Below, piece after piece: positions 1 to 8,276 of a stretch of 43,525 nt of DNA (within the stretch, counting starts at the first letter, position 1; each line of letters starts with the position of its first letter). The notes under the pieces are model-generated. The model saw only the letters and a list, made by a program, of their open reading frames with translations. It had not been told where the DNA came from and made no database searches. The position numbers were made by a program, and so were the translations under genes. The stretch comes from a virus. Location: positions 1 through 43,525 of the IMG/VR virus record IMGVR_UViG_3300048597_000115, one strand, 5' to 3'.

Positions 1-127
1 ACATCGACAGGGAAAGTGGGAAGTGGTCGAGGCTTATTCATAGAGCCCCCTCGAGCTCTCGCTCCACGTCGGTGAGTGAGCGCGCCACAAACGCAATGGC
101 TCCGCTCTCTTTGGCTTTCTCGATGAA
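1..127. repeat. Left copy of 127-bp exact terminal duplication (assembly overlap of a circular or terminally redundant molecule)
   Basis: acatcgacagggaaagtggg...ggctttctcgatgaa recurs base-for-base at 43399-43525. Confidence 0.95.
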
Positions 128-412
128 GGCTTTCTGCTCAGGTGAGACGCGGCCCTTGGGAGTTTTCACTTCGATGAAGATGGCGCGCCCCTTGTGGAGT
201 GCGATGATGTCGCTGACTCCGTTAATGGCAAAAGGTGAGCGATGTTTGCGAAAGCGCCCGCGTTTAGCATCGAAGTAACCCGAGCTTGGATTTTTCCAAA
301 CGAACACCTTTTTGTAATGCAACCAGACAAGGATCTGGTTTTCTATGACACGCTCCGGCATAGCGATTCGATCTGTGTTGATAAACTTAGGCATCCGCAT
401 TGGTCCCCCCAT
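38..412 (-). CDS. VRR-NUC family (PD-(D/E)XK) nuclease
   Basis: 124 aa. GVSDIIALHKGRAIFIEVKTPKGRVSPEQKAF gives the D...ExK core typical of VRR-NUC. Alternative ATGs at 400/394 sit behind a GGGGGG SD. The stop forms an ATGA overlap with the gene starting at 43439 (= nt 41). Confidence 0.75.
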   Translation of the reverse strand: MGGPMRMPKFINTDRIAMPERVIENQILVWLHYKKVFVWKNPSSGYFDAKRGRFRKHRSPFAINGVSDIIALHKGRAIFIEVKTPKGRVSPEQKAFIEKAKESGAIAFVARSLTDVERELEGAL

Positions 413-692
413 TTGATTTTAATGGAACGCTAAGGGGTCTAGATTCAACGATGGGGGTGGGGAGCGAATCTTTTGTTGGATCCGGCAATTTTGAGAACAT
501 AGGGCCAAAAGGTTCATAGGCCATTGCTGCGTCGTAGCAATCAAAAACACCGATCAACCGATAGTCCGTTTCGTTGTCATAAACGATGGCGCAAAGCTGT
601 TCGTTTATGAACTCTTGCAAAGTTTCAACGTGATAAACAACACACCCCATGCTTTTTGTTGCGAGCACCGCATACATTTTTTCTTGTTTCAT
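387..692 (-). CDS. hypothetical protein (101 aa)
   Basis: ATG at 692 preceded by AAGGGGGA SD. Packed between the helicase and VRR-NUC genes. Confidence 0.55.
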   Translation of the reverse strand: MKQEKMYAVLATKSMGCVVYHVETLQEFINEQLCAIVYDNETDYRLIGVFDCYDAAMAYEPFGPMFSKLPDPTKDSLPTPIVESRPLSVPLKSNGGTNADA

Positions 693-702
693 TTCATCCC
701 CC

Positions 703-1686
703 TTATTTCAAAGCTCTGTTTCGATACCAGTGTGGCCGATCTTGCGGCTCTAAAATCTTCACATCTTCTTCATCGGCAGTTAGCCTTCCCACGTCGTATG
801 CGTCGTGATAACTGTTCGCTGTGATGTCATACACACACAAGCCGATGTAAGTATCTCGAGCGCTTCCATAGCGACACTTCGCCACGCGAACGTAAGTTGG
901 AAATTGTGTTTTCGTTCTGTTGTCGAAAGGGCCGCTGGCAAGCGAGATCATTTTTGTTGCCATCTTAAAAATATCACTCGAGCCGTGAATGTCGTCCATG
1001 CTGGGAGCCACAACTTTTTGTCTGCGATCGCGCTTTCGGATATGAGCCACCAGAAGCATCGGCACGCCGTATCTCTTCACAAGCTCTTGCATTTTTTTGA
1101 CGGCTCTTTTGTGAAATTGGTTTTCGTTTTCGTCCCCGGCTTCCATGTAGTGAAGGTGATCCAAAACAAACAAATCGATTTTTTCTTTCCCCGCTTGAAT
1201 AAAAATCTTTTCAAAGTCTTCAATGCCAAAGTCGTCCCCACCATCAAGGATCATCATGTTTTCCCCAAAGACTTTTAGCTCTTGCTTTGCTTGCTCTTTG
1301 TATTTTTCAAGAAGGGAAATTTGTTTTCCGTGGGACCACTTTAAATAATCTGGGCTCCCGTGGCGGCGCTCTTTGTCTTTGTAGAAAAGATCAACGCACG
1401 CCTTGTAAAGTAAGCGATCTTCAACTTCGCCCTTGTAAGATTCAAGAGCCAAAAAATAAACACGCTTCCCGCTCTTTGTTGCATTAAGGGCAATCTGTGT
1501 GACCACCTCTGTTTTGCCAACGCCACTTTGCGCTGTCACAAGAATAAGATCTTGCGGTAAGATACCCTCAAGAGAGTCATCAAGAAAACTAATCCCAAAG
1601 GGAATGAGCTTCTCCCCGTTAGCTTCTCTCTTTTTTTCGTTCTCTTCGATCAACGACCCAAACTTTCTCATACCAAGATAGTTCAT
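703..1686 (-). CDS. DnaB-like replicative helicase (RecA-fold domain)
   Basis: 327 aa. Walker A AQSGVGKTE, Walker B DLFVLDHLHY, basic HIRKRDRR segment. ATGA overlap with the upstream primase gene. Confidence 0.7.
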   Translation of the reverse strand: MNYLGMRKFGSLIEENEKKREANGEKLIPFGISFLDDSLEGILPQDLILVTAQSGVGKTEVVTQIALNATKSGKRVYFLALESYKGEVEDRLLYKACVDLFYKDKERRHGSPDYLKWSHGKQISLLEKYKEQAKQELKVFGENMMILDGGDDFGIEDFEKIFIQAGKEKIDLFVLDHLHYMEAGDENENQFHKRAVKKMQELVKRYGVPMLLVAHIRKRDRRQKVVAPSMDDIHGSSDIFKMATKMISLASGPFDNRTKTQFPTYVRVAKCRYGSARDTYIGLCVYDITANSYHDAYDVGRLTADEEDVKILEPQDRPHWYRNRALK

Positions 1687-2573
1687 GCAAACACCTCTGG
1701 GAAAACTTCCTTAAAAAATTGATACGTTTTTTTGTGATCCTTGTGATACCAGTTGATGTACTGCCAAAGAGTGGGGCCACCACCGTCAGCGCTTCCGATT
1801 CGCCCGTGCTGATCGATCCAACAACTTGTCCCCTTGCCGTTGACGATGATGTTGAAGTTCCCGCCAGACGTTCTGTGGAAGGTGAAAGTTTCCATCCCCA
1901 CTGCTGGGTGGCCAGACAAACGCTCAAGCCCGTCTTTGCAGTTCATGGAATAAATGCGCTCAAAAAGCCCTGAGTCTTTCTGAAAGTTTAAAATCTTTTT
2001 CAGTTCTTGTTTTTCTTTTCTCACGTCCGGAGCTTTAGGCTCAGGAAATAAAACTCGCATTTCTTTTTCAGAGAACTTGTGATCGGTGAAGAAATACTCT
2101 TTCAAAAGTCTTACTGGTTTTGGGTTTTCTGGATCCTTCCAATGAAGGAAGCCCGGTGGTCGAAGTAACCTTGCTGGGTCTTTTGCTTTCTTGTCGCCGC
2201 CATAGAAGCGCACCATCTCGTTTACGATGGGAGTGTAGTTCTCGGGCTTCGCGCTATCGTCAGCATCAAAGTAAACGTGATACCCTCGGCCACTTTCGAT
2301 CACCGATGTGGGTTTGGGGCCAGCTTCAATGCGCGCAAGCAGTTCCGGTTTTTCTTCACCGTTTTCGGGATCGATGTCCACGGCCCACGCCAAAATCTTT
2401 TTCACTTCTTCTTTCGTTCTGGCTTCCCCGTGAAAAGAGTTTACTGTCCAGAAGATCCCCCACTTTTTTGCGTTCCACTCAAAAGCCTCGTCGATGGTTT
2501 TAATTATTTTTGGGTTTTTGTTTTTCACTTCCGGGTTATCGTCCATCCGGAAAAGCAAGCGGCCAGCGATCAC
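1683..2573 (-). CDS. primase-polymerase (archaeo-eukaryotic primase superfamily)
   Basis: 296 aa. AVDIDPE (DxD) and ESGRGYHVYF (sGxGxH) AEP motifs. GTG start in a GTGA overlap; alternative ATG at 2546. Confidence 0.7.
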   Translation of the reverse strand: MIAGRLLFRMDDNPEVKNKNPKIIKTIDEAFEWNAKKWGIFWTVNSFHGEARTKEEVKKILAWAVDIDPENGEEKPELLARIEAGPKPTSVIESGRGYHVYFDADDSAKPENYTPIVNEMVRFYGGDKKAKDPARLLRPPGFLHWKDPENPKPVRLLKEYFFTDHKFSEKEMRVLFPEPKAPDVRKEKQELKKILNFQKDSGLFERIYSMNCKDGLERLSGHPAVGMETFTFHRTSGGNFNIIVNGKGTSCWIDQHGRIGSADGGGPTLWQYINWYHKDHKKTYQFFKEVFPEVFA

Positions 2574-3325
2574 AATGCCCCCCCTTGATCTTCGCGGATC
2601 AAACCCTTGAACGCCTCGCTTGCAGAGTCGCCTTTTTTCTTTGGGGGTTCCCAGTTTATAAAATCACGCCAGAAATAACCCGATGCTTTGGTGCCTAAAA
2701 AAGCAGCAAAAGATTGTTTTGGTTTTCGCCAGCTTTCGATCTCCAAAAAAGCGAGGTAGTTATCCAAAGCTCTGCTGAGACGCGCAAAATCTTCGTCGGT
2801 TTTGATTTGTTCGTGAAAACGTTTTTCTGCATTTTCGCCTTTTATGCGTACTGGATATTTTTCATAGACCAATAAAAAATCATATCCACTTGTTGGATCA
2901 TTTGTGGATCCCATATTGGTATATATTTTCTTCTTCTTTTTATTCTTATTATAGGGGTGGACATTTTGTGGATTTTTGTCGGACTTTGTCCGGACTTTTT
3001 TAGCATAGTCATCAGCAATTTCAATAAGATCGGGCATCGTGAGTTCAACAACTCTTGAATCTTGAGTGAAAACATAGTCAGAAACTAATTGGTAGTTTTT
3101 CAGGAGTTTTAGAAGACTTTCTAAGGACTTTTTAGACAACTCTAGATCGTTTCTTAATTCTTTTTCTAAAAAACGAAACACTTCTTGTTTGCCGTTGTAC
3201 TTTTCTGCACAAAGTTCGAGCAGCAAAAAATAGAGTCCATATCCCTTAACTTTGCCGAACTCTGCATACAAAGGTTTAAGTCTGTCTCCATTACGGCCCG
3301 TTGTAAGATGCCTAAAGTACTTCAT
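2570..3325 (-). CDS. replisome-organiser-like protein (N-terminus resembles the DUF4373/Lin1244 type)
   Basis: Start moved to ATG 3325 (MKYFRHL...) behind AGAGGGGA SD; the ORF-track start 3466 is TTG with no SD. N-terminus reads LYAEFGKVKGYGLYFLLLELCAEKY. Sits directly upstream of primase and helicase. Confidence 0.45.
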   Translation of the reverse strand: MKYFRHLTTGRNGDRLKPLYAEFGKVKGYGLYFLLLELCAEKYNGKQEVFRFLEKELRNDLELSKKSLESLLKLLKNYQLVSDYVFTQDSRVVELTMPDLIEIADDYAKKVRTKSDKNPQNVHPYNKNKKKKKIYTNMGSTNDPTSGYDFLLVYEKYPVRIKGENAEKRFHEQIKTDEDFARLSRALDNYLAFLEIESWRKPKQSFAAFLGTKASGYFWRDFINWEPPKKKGDSASEAFKGLIREDQGGAL

Positions 3326-3639
3326 CGCGTCCCCTCTATTGTTGTTGTTCTGGTGTGTAGACAAAGAAAAGCCCAAGTTCTGAGCCGAATCTGGCGGCAT
3401 AGAACGGCACTGGGCCGAGTGATAAAAAATGCAAAGAAGTTTGAAAACTGCCCTAAGATTAAGCAACGGTGGTGTGTATTGTTTTTAATTTTGATCTGAG
3501 AAAAGAAAGAGAAAGTGAGGGATGGTGGACGTGACAGGTTTGTGACTTCCATATCATAACCATCCGTTTTCACTTTGGTTTTTAAAATGGAAAAATCAGT
3601 AGACAAACTCATCGACAAATCCCCCGGACCACTCGTTGC
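3326..3639. other. 314-bp non-coding gap downstream of int: candidate attP / internal promoter region
   Basis: Largest non-coding stretch in the genome, immediately 3' of the integrase gene (lambda-like attP-int-xis order). Contains ggatggt...accatcc inverted repeat and gtgac direct repeats. No tRNA fragment recognised. Confidence 0.3.
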
Positions 3640-4770
3640 TTAGTTCTTGTTGTTATCAAACGAACGTATAAGAAGGGACGTTATTTTTGAAAAGTCTGAA
3701 TGGCAATAAGTTTGTAAGAAAACCCGTGGCGTCATATCTAACACATCGCACGCTTCTTTTATTGGCCACGCATCATGCGCACACTTTGTGGCAAACGTAT
3801 GTCGGCAGTCGTGAAGCCTTGCACGCCCTAAAAGTTTTGCTTTTCTTTTTGTCTTCACCCAATCGCGATCAAAGATTTGTCCGGCAAGGTGGCGACATTT
3901 GTCTGTTGCCATTGGGAAAAGATACTCGCTATCAAAAGAAAGCTGGCACAAAGTCTTGAGCGCTTCTTTCACTCGAGAAGTCATAGGGATCTTGCGCCAC
4001 TTTCTATTCTTGTCGCTCCACAGATTCAACACTGACAGATTAAAATCAATCTGATCTTTTTTTATTTTGAGCACTTCCATTTTTCTTGCGCCAGTATCGA
4101 AGAAAAGAATCAAAGCACAGCGCGTGCGCTCATTCACAGCGTTTTCAATCAAAGCCTTTTGCTCTTCTTCTTTGTAAACACGAAACGCAGTTTTTCTTCT
4201 CGCAAGTGTATCTATTTTTTTATCTAAGTTTTGCACCAGAACTTTCTTGCGGATGTGCCCCATGCGATGGGCGTAGTTGATAAGCATCCGAAGATATTTA
4301 TTGGCCGAAAAAAAGATCTTGCCCGGCCTGTTCTTTAAGAACCACTCTTCATACTTTCGCACGTTCTGCTCTGTGAGCTCGCTTGCGTGCTTGCTTCCCC
4401 AGAAAGGTGAAAGATCAATGCGCCACACAGTCCCCCAGCGAACCTTGGTGGCCTCTCCGCTTGTGGCAAACCGCTCCGCTATGCACGCAAACCATAAATC
4501 GCGGATGAGCGGATCGATAACTTCTTGTTCATATTTTTTTAAAAGATCTTCGCGCTTTAGTCCGATCATAAACTCATCGACAAAGCGTTTCGCTTCTGAG
4601 ATTTTTTGTGTGCGTGTAGAGATCTTGAAGTTTCGCCCACCAATGCGCTTGCGATAGTAGATGATGTTAGTGTGCGGATCTCGGAAGTAACCGGGATACT
4701 TTTCGGGATCCACCCGGACAAGGTTGCCCGCGTGCGCTTTAGATTTTTCTTGTCCTAGCGTTGTTTCCAT
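3640..4770 (-). CDS. int: tyrosine-type site-specific integrase
   Basis: 376 aa. FFDTGARKME (catalytic R), RLHDCRHTFAT (HxxR), FLQTYCHS (nucleophile Y). Confidence 0.85.
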   Translation of the reverse strand: METTLGQEKSKAHAGNLVRVDPEKYPGYFRDPHTNIIYYRKRIGGRNFKISTRTQKISEAKRFVDEFMIGLKREDLLKKYEQEVIDPLIRDLWFACIAERFATSGEATKVRWGTVWRIDLSPFWGSKHASELTEQNVRKYEEWFLKNRPGKIFFSANKYLRMLINYAHRMGHIRKKVLVQNLDKKIDTLARRKTAFRVYKEEEQKALIENAVNERTRCALILFFDTGARKMEVLKIKKDQIDFNLSVLNLWSDKNRKWRKIPMTSRVKEALKTLCQLSFDSEYLFPMATDKCRHLAGQIFDRDWVKTKRKAKLLGRARLHDCRHTFATKCAHDAWPIKEACDVLDMTPRVFLQTYCHSDFSKITSLLIRSFDNNKN

Positions 4771-4945
4771 TGTCTCTTCTCTGCTTTAACCAATCATTCA
4801 CTTCACTGACTCGGTATCGCACCACGCGCCCGAGCTTGTAGCAAGGAAGCCCTTTGAGCTTTCTCGCTGTTTCTATGTAGTCTCTTGATACCCGCAAGTG
4901 TTTGCATAAAAAATCAGTATCAACAAAACCCTCAAAGTTTCGCAT
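4739..4945 (-). CDS. xis: excisionase / AlpA-like HTH DNA-binding protein
   Basis: 68 aa. LCKHLRVSRDYIETARKLKGLPCYKLGRVVRYRVSEVNDWL is a winged-helix excisionase-like pattern. Lies immediately upstream of, and overlaps, int. Confidence 0.6.
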   Translation of the reverse strand: MRNFEGFVDTDFLCKHLRVSRDYIETARKLKGLPCYKLGRVVRYRVSEVNDWLKQRRDNGNNARTRKI

Positions 4946-4955
4946 CCCTCTCCCC

Positions 4956-5096
4956 TTATTGTATGTCTTTTGGCATCACTGCCCTTGATGGCGCCTCGTC
5001 CCGTGGGCGCATGATTCTTTCACAAGTTAATCCGAGCGCCAAGATGACCACCCAGAGCAGAAGCTCAAAGCTATTTCTTGGCACTCGTGGTGGCAT
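4956..5096 (-). CDS. small membrane protein (46 aa, below ORF-track cutoff)
   Basis: Hand-translated: MPPRVPRNSFELLLWVVILALGLTCERIMRPRDEAPSRAVMPKDIQ. ATG directly follows the TAA of the upstream gene. One hydrophobic helix. Confidence 0.35.
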   Translation of the reverse strand: MPPRVPRNSFELLLWVVILALGLTCERIMRPRDEAPSRAVMPKDIQ

Positions 5097-5564
5097 TTAG
5101 AAGTTCCCGTCTTCACCGTTTGCGACAACCTCACTCGCTTCGCTTTCAAGCGGGAGAAGTTGAATCACAGCAAGTTTTTCAAACGTTTCTGGCGCAATCT
5201 TTGTTGGCAGTGGCAGCACGCTATACTTCGTGTCGCTCATCTTACTCCCCGTGCGCTTGATTTTAACAAGCGTTTGCTCGAGATCGTAGTCTTGCGCGAG
5301 CTCTTTGAAGGCGCGATAGACATTGGCCCCTTGCTCGAAGAGCTTTGGCACAAGCGTTCCATCTTCTTCTTTCACCACGATGTTCACGCGAAAACGAAAC
5401 TTAGCTTTTGGCGTATCTTCTGGCACCTCTTCTGACTTGCCGTCCACAAAGAGTGAATAAAACGTGCGAACCTCTCCGGCTAAGATCCCAGTGACAGAAT
5501 CTCCGTCGTCTAGCCTTATGAAGTTTCCGTTCCCTGACTTTGGTTCCATATCAAACTTTAGCAT
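5097..5564 (-). CDS. putative ssDNA-binding protein (T7 gp2.5 / DUF2815-like)
   Basis: 155 aa. Directly downstream of the DUF2800/Cas4-like nuclease, a common pairing. Acidic C-terminal tail ends in Phe (EVVANGEDGNF), as in SSB/gp2.5 tails. Confidence 0.4.
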   Translation of the reverse strand: MLKFDMEPKSGNGNFIRLDDGDSVTGILAGEVRTFYSLFVDGKSEEVPEDTPKAKFRFRVNIVVKEEDGTLVPKLFEQGANVYRAFKELAQDYDLEQTLVKIKRTGSKMSDTKYSVLPLPTKIAPETFEKLAVIQLLPLESEASEVVANGEDGNF

Positions 5565-5565
5565 T

Positions 5566-6708
5566 TTAACTCCCTTTCTTATTTAGGATTAGTTTTCCGT
5601 TTAATGGTTGAATCTCTTTCTTTCTATCTGACACATGAGCCACAGTCTCACTGCCGGGGATCTCTGAGATAAGTCCCTCGACCTTGAGCTTCCCGATGAG
5701 CTTTTCGGCTTGAGCGGGAGAAAGCAGCGTCTTCTTATAAGCGCTTGTGCCGAGCTCTTCGACAAGAACCTTCTCTGCGGTGGCTTCGTTTGCCCACACC
5801 CGTCTTGAGTTTCCGGCAACGAGCTTGAGCCCTTCGATCTTTTCCCCATTCATCATGCGATGAAGAGCGTAAGACTTGACGGACTCGATGAACTCTTCGA
5901 TGAGCTTTCTGTTTTGAATAACGCGCACGATCTGTTCGTCAGATAGCGACTCAATGGCGAGTGGTCTGCCTTCGATGACTTCGAGTCCAACGGCTTCCGT
6001 GACGGCCTCGTTGAGCTTTGGGCAAAGCCCCTTCGCTGGGCAGTAACCACACCAAGCACCACGCACAAGCGGAGCGTTTGGCTCTTGAGTCTTCTTTGCT
6101 GCGACAAGCAGAACGAACGACCACTCGACAAGATACGCTTTGCTCACAGTCCACGATCTTATTGGCCCGTGGATGTGTGGAGCTCTTGGTTGCACGATCT
6201 CAAGTCTCACGTCTTGGAAGTCGAAGTTACACTCATGCGCTGCGCCGAGCGCGTAGTATAGAAGCTGCTTGTTGTTTGCGGCTTCCACTGGTGAGACTCC
6301 ATACTTGAAGTCGAACACCACAAGCGTTCCGTTTGGTTTCATAATGCACGCATCGTTTGTTCCCATGAGTCCAATGTGCAGGTGCTCGAGATTGAAGTGG
6401 CGCTCAACACTAAGAACACCACCGACTTGCGCGTGCGTTTTTCTTACATGATCGATATAGATTTGCACGGCACTTGCCATCTCTTCTGTGACTTCAAAGC
6501 CGTTGATGATCTGGCCTAAGAACTCTCGAGCGTCTTTGCCTTCCTTGAGGCAGAGCTCGCTGAGCTCATGCGCTGCTGTGCCTTCTTCGGCTTGCATAGA
6601 AGTGGCGCTTGGTGGTGCGAGCTTTGAAAGAGCTACACTTCCGGGGCAGTTTGTCCAACGTTCTGAGGCGCTTGCTCCAAGCGCTGAGTGGGTTTTAAGC
6701 TGGCTCAT
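5566..6708 (-). CDS. Cas4/RecB-like PD-(D/E)XK exonuclease with 4-Cys cluster (DUF2800-like)
   Basis: Start moved to ATG 6708 (MSQLKTHSALGASASERWTNCPGS). VVFDFKYG (D-x-K), QLLYYAL (QxxxY). Cys ligands NCPGS...CGYCPAKGLCP. Confidence 0.7.
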   Translation of the reverse strand: MSQLKTHSALGASASERWTNCPGSVALSKLAPPSATSMQAEEGTAAHELSELCLKEGKDAREFLGQIINGFEVTEEMASAVQIYIDHVRKTHAQVGGVLSVERHFNLEHLHIGLMGTNDACIMKPNGTLVVFDFKYGVSPVEAANNKQLLYYALGAAHECNFDFQDVRLEIVQPRAPHIHGPIRSWTVSKAYLVEWSFVLLVAAKKTQEPNAPLVRGAWCGYCPAKGLCPKLNEAVTEAVGLEVIEGRPLAIESLSDEQIVRVIQNRKLIEEFIESVKSYALHRMMNGEKIEGLKLVAGNSRRVWANEATAEKVLVEELGTSAYKKTLLSPAQAEKLIGKLKVEGLISEIPGSETVAHVSDRKKEIQPLNGKLILNKKGS

Positions 6709-6898
6709 CTGGGACCCCCATGAGTTTGTTGTGTTGGATCTTGTATCTTTCCTCGGTTTGCTTGAGCTCGTCTTTGGTGGTGACGATGATGGATGCGATG
6801 TCATCGCGCTGTCTTATGATGTCGATCACGCGCATGATGCCATCAAGACTCAAGTCTTCGAGCACTTCTTTTAAAGTTGTTTGTCCGTCGAAACTCAT
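6695..6898 (-). CDS. hypothetical protein (67 aa)
   Basis: ATG in an ATGA overlap with the upstream gene. Balanced composition, unlike the overlapping Ser/Pro-rich frame. Confidence 0.5.
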   Translation of the reverse strand: MSFDGQTTLKEVLEDLSLDGIMRVIDIIRQRDDIASIIVTTKDELKQTEERYKIQHNKLMGVPDEPA

Positions 6899-7149
6899 CG
6901 CTCCCCCTTTTGGTTAATATGCTCAGCAAAAATGCGTATCGCCGTTTCATAGTCTTTCGCTGGCAAGTCAGTGATCCCCCAGTTTTCAAGCGTGGGGTTT
7001 CCGTGCCAGTCTTCAAAGTAAACGATGGCGTTTAAGATAAGATCTCTTACGCTATCGCCAAACGATTCGATCCGAGTGATATTGATCTCTGGCTTGTTGT
7101 GAAGCTGCCAGCTATAGAAGTCTTGTGAAAAGGTACTACGCGATCTCAT
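6895..7149 (-). CDS. hypothetical protein (84 aa)
   Basis: ATG start, packed in the early operon. Confidence 0.5.
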   Translation of the reverse strand: MRSRSTFSQDFYSWQLHNKPEINITRIESFGDSVRDLILNAIVYFEDWHGNPTLENWGITDLPAKDYETAIRIFAEHINQKGER

Positions 7150-7378
7150 CTTGGCCCTCTTCTGCTTGGATTAAAAAGTCTGTCTCAAGTTCTCTCAAGT
7201 CTCTGGGAGAAAGCTGATTTGTGATCTCGACGCTTCCCAAGAACACCTTGAAGTTCTCAATGTGGGCGCACTCGCCCGGAAGCCAGTTCCCAAACTCGCG
7301 GCAAAAGACAGAGGGGCGCGAGGGAACATACGTCCCTTCGCATCGAACCTCTAAAGCCACATCAAGTAAAACGCTCAT
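7136..7378 (-). CDS. hypothetical protein (80 aa)
   Basis: Start moved to ATG 7378 (MSVLLDV) behind GAAGGGA SD; the ORF-track start 7396 is TTG. Confidence 0.5.
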   Translation of the reverse strand: MSVLLDVALEVRCEGTYVPSRPSVFCREFGNWLPGECAHIENFKVFLGSVEITNQLSPRDLRELETDFLIQAEEGQDEIA

Positions 7379-7461
7379 ATCGTTCCCTTCGGGCAAAGCA
7401 ATGCCCCGTCAGAGCAAACCAATTTTGCTCCGTATTAAACACACAATGACAGTGGGCAGCG

Positions 7462-7698
7462 TTAGCTTGCCTCGCTTTTTTCGATCACCCCGGCGCGCTC
7501 AAGCTCTTCAAGAAGCACTGTAAGCACAGCGCCACTGATTTGCTTCTCATAGCGACCACGAAGGACCTTCTCGACGAGGCTTGTTGAGAGGCGACGCATA
7601 ACAAGCGTGCCCTTGACGATGTGCTCACCGTCTCTTTTAGCCCAAGCCATGATGTGTTCTTTCAGCTTTTCGTCTGTCATGCGCACAGAATAGTGCAT
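7462..7698 (-). CDS. first gene of early operon, possible small regulator
   Basis: The ORF-track start 7773 is TTG only 4 nt from the divergent gene. In-frame ATGs at 7698 and 7680 both lack an SD (possibly leaderless or weakly initiated). Divergent from the XRE gene. Confidence 0.4.
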   Translation of the reverse strand: MHYSVRMTDEKLKEHIMAWAKRDGEHIVKGTLVMRRLSTSLVEKVLRGRYEKQISGAVLTVLLEELERAGVIEKSEAS

Positions 7699-7777
7699 GA
7701 GTGCGCACTTTGCAAGCGCTTTGTGCGTATATAAACACCTGTTTGCTTTTTTGAAACTATGATATGTAGGCAAGTGG
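7699..7777. promoter_or_regulatory. divergent control region between early operon and XRE regulator gene
   Basis: Palindrome GTGCGCAC (7701-7708). Related TGCGCAC at 7680-7686 and GTGCGT at 7723-7728, ~21 bp apart. TATATA at 7728-7733. Exact promoters not resolved. Confidence 0.4.
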
Positions 7778-8137
7778 ATGAAAGTATTAAGGAAATTTGT
7801 TGGCGATCAAATACGCTCAGCAATGAGACAAAAGAACGTCAAACAAAAAGACATAGCAGAACACCTAGGCATCGATCACGCCTCTGTCTCGCGTTGGCTC
7901 AGTGGCCAAACGCTCCCCACAGATGAACACTTCAAGGCCATCTGCGAATATCTTGATATGTCATCTCAGGACCTTCTTTTCCCGAAGAAAAAGATTGATC
8001 CAAAGCTCGAGCTTCTTATGTCTATCGTTTCTCTTTTTCCCATGCTTGCGGATGCCGACGTTGGCTTGCTTATGAATGACGTGCGAAAGGTTATTGGGTC
8101 AGGTGACTCAAGGGCCAAGCGCAAAAAGCAAAGCTAA
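7778..8137 (+). CDS. XRE-family HTH transcriptional regulator
   Basis: 119 aa. VKQKDIAEHLGIDHASVSRWLSGQTLPTDEH is a classic HTH_3 pattern. One of only three plus-strand genes. Confidence 0.8.
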   Translation: MKVLRKFVGDQIRSAMRQKNVKQKDIAEHLGIDHASVSRWLSGQTLPTDEHFKAICEYLDMSSQDLLFPKKKIDPKLELLMSIVSLFPMLADADVGLLMNDVRKVIGSGDSRAKRKKQS

Positions 8138-8247
8138 CAACACCGAACTCACAAATAGTTTCTATTTGAAACCGCCACTTACTAAGTGCCTAATAGCTGT
8201 ACACCTCTGCAAAAATCAATAGCAAAAATGCGCGATTGCAAACTTTG

Positions 8248-8276
8248 TTGACGCTTTGCGTTTGATGTTGTATTAT
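8248..8276 (+). promoter_or_regulatory. sigma70-type promoter TTGACG-N17-TATTAT
   Basis: -35 ttgacg at 8248-8253, 17-nt spacer, -10 tattat at 8271-8276. Followed by AAGGTGG SD and ATG at 8298. Confidence 0.65.

Noticed and set aside
3326-3466. ORF-track 5' extensions of several genes (2570-3466, 7462-7773, 10566-10925, 11253-11549, 31019-31501, 38103-38342, 40334-40948)
   Set aside because: Each extended start is a TTG with no SD, and each has an internal ATG/GTG preceded by a strong G-rich SD or a stop/start junction. The extensions would also eliminate the regulatory gaps.
3322-3618. 98-aa minus-strand ORF filling the int-organiser gap
   Set aside because: TTG start, no SD, and a composition unlike the neighbouring proteins (runs of F/S/T/I and basic residues). 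Treated as non-coding, although a short peptide cannot be excluded.
6709-6804. N-terminal 32-aa extension of the Cas4-like nuclease (MTSHPSSSPPKTSSSKPRK...)
   Set aside because: The Ser/Pro/Thr-rich low-complexity stretch overlaps the better-looking 67-aa gene in another frame. The conserved nuclease N-terminus begins at the internal ATG 6708, which has a G-rich SD.
8152-8168. caaatag-ttt-ctatttg hairpin after the XRE gene as a terminator
   Set aside because: The 7-bp stem is AT-rich with a 3-nt loop and no following U-tract. That is too weak to call.
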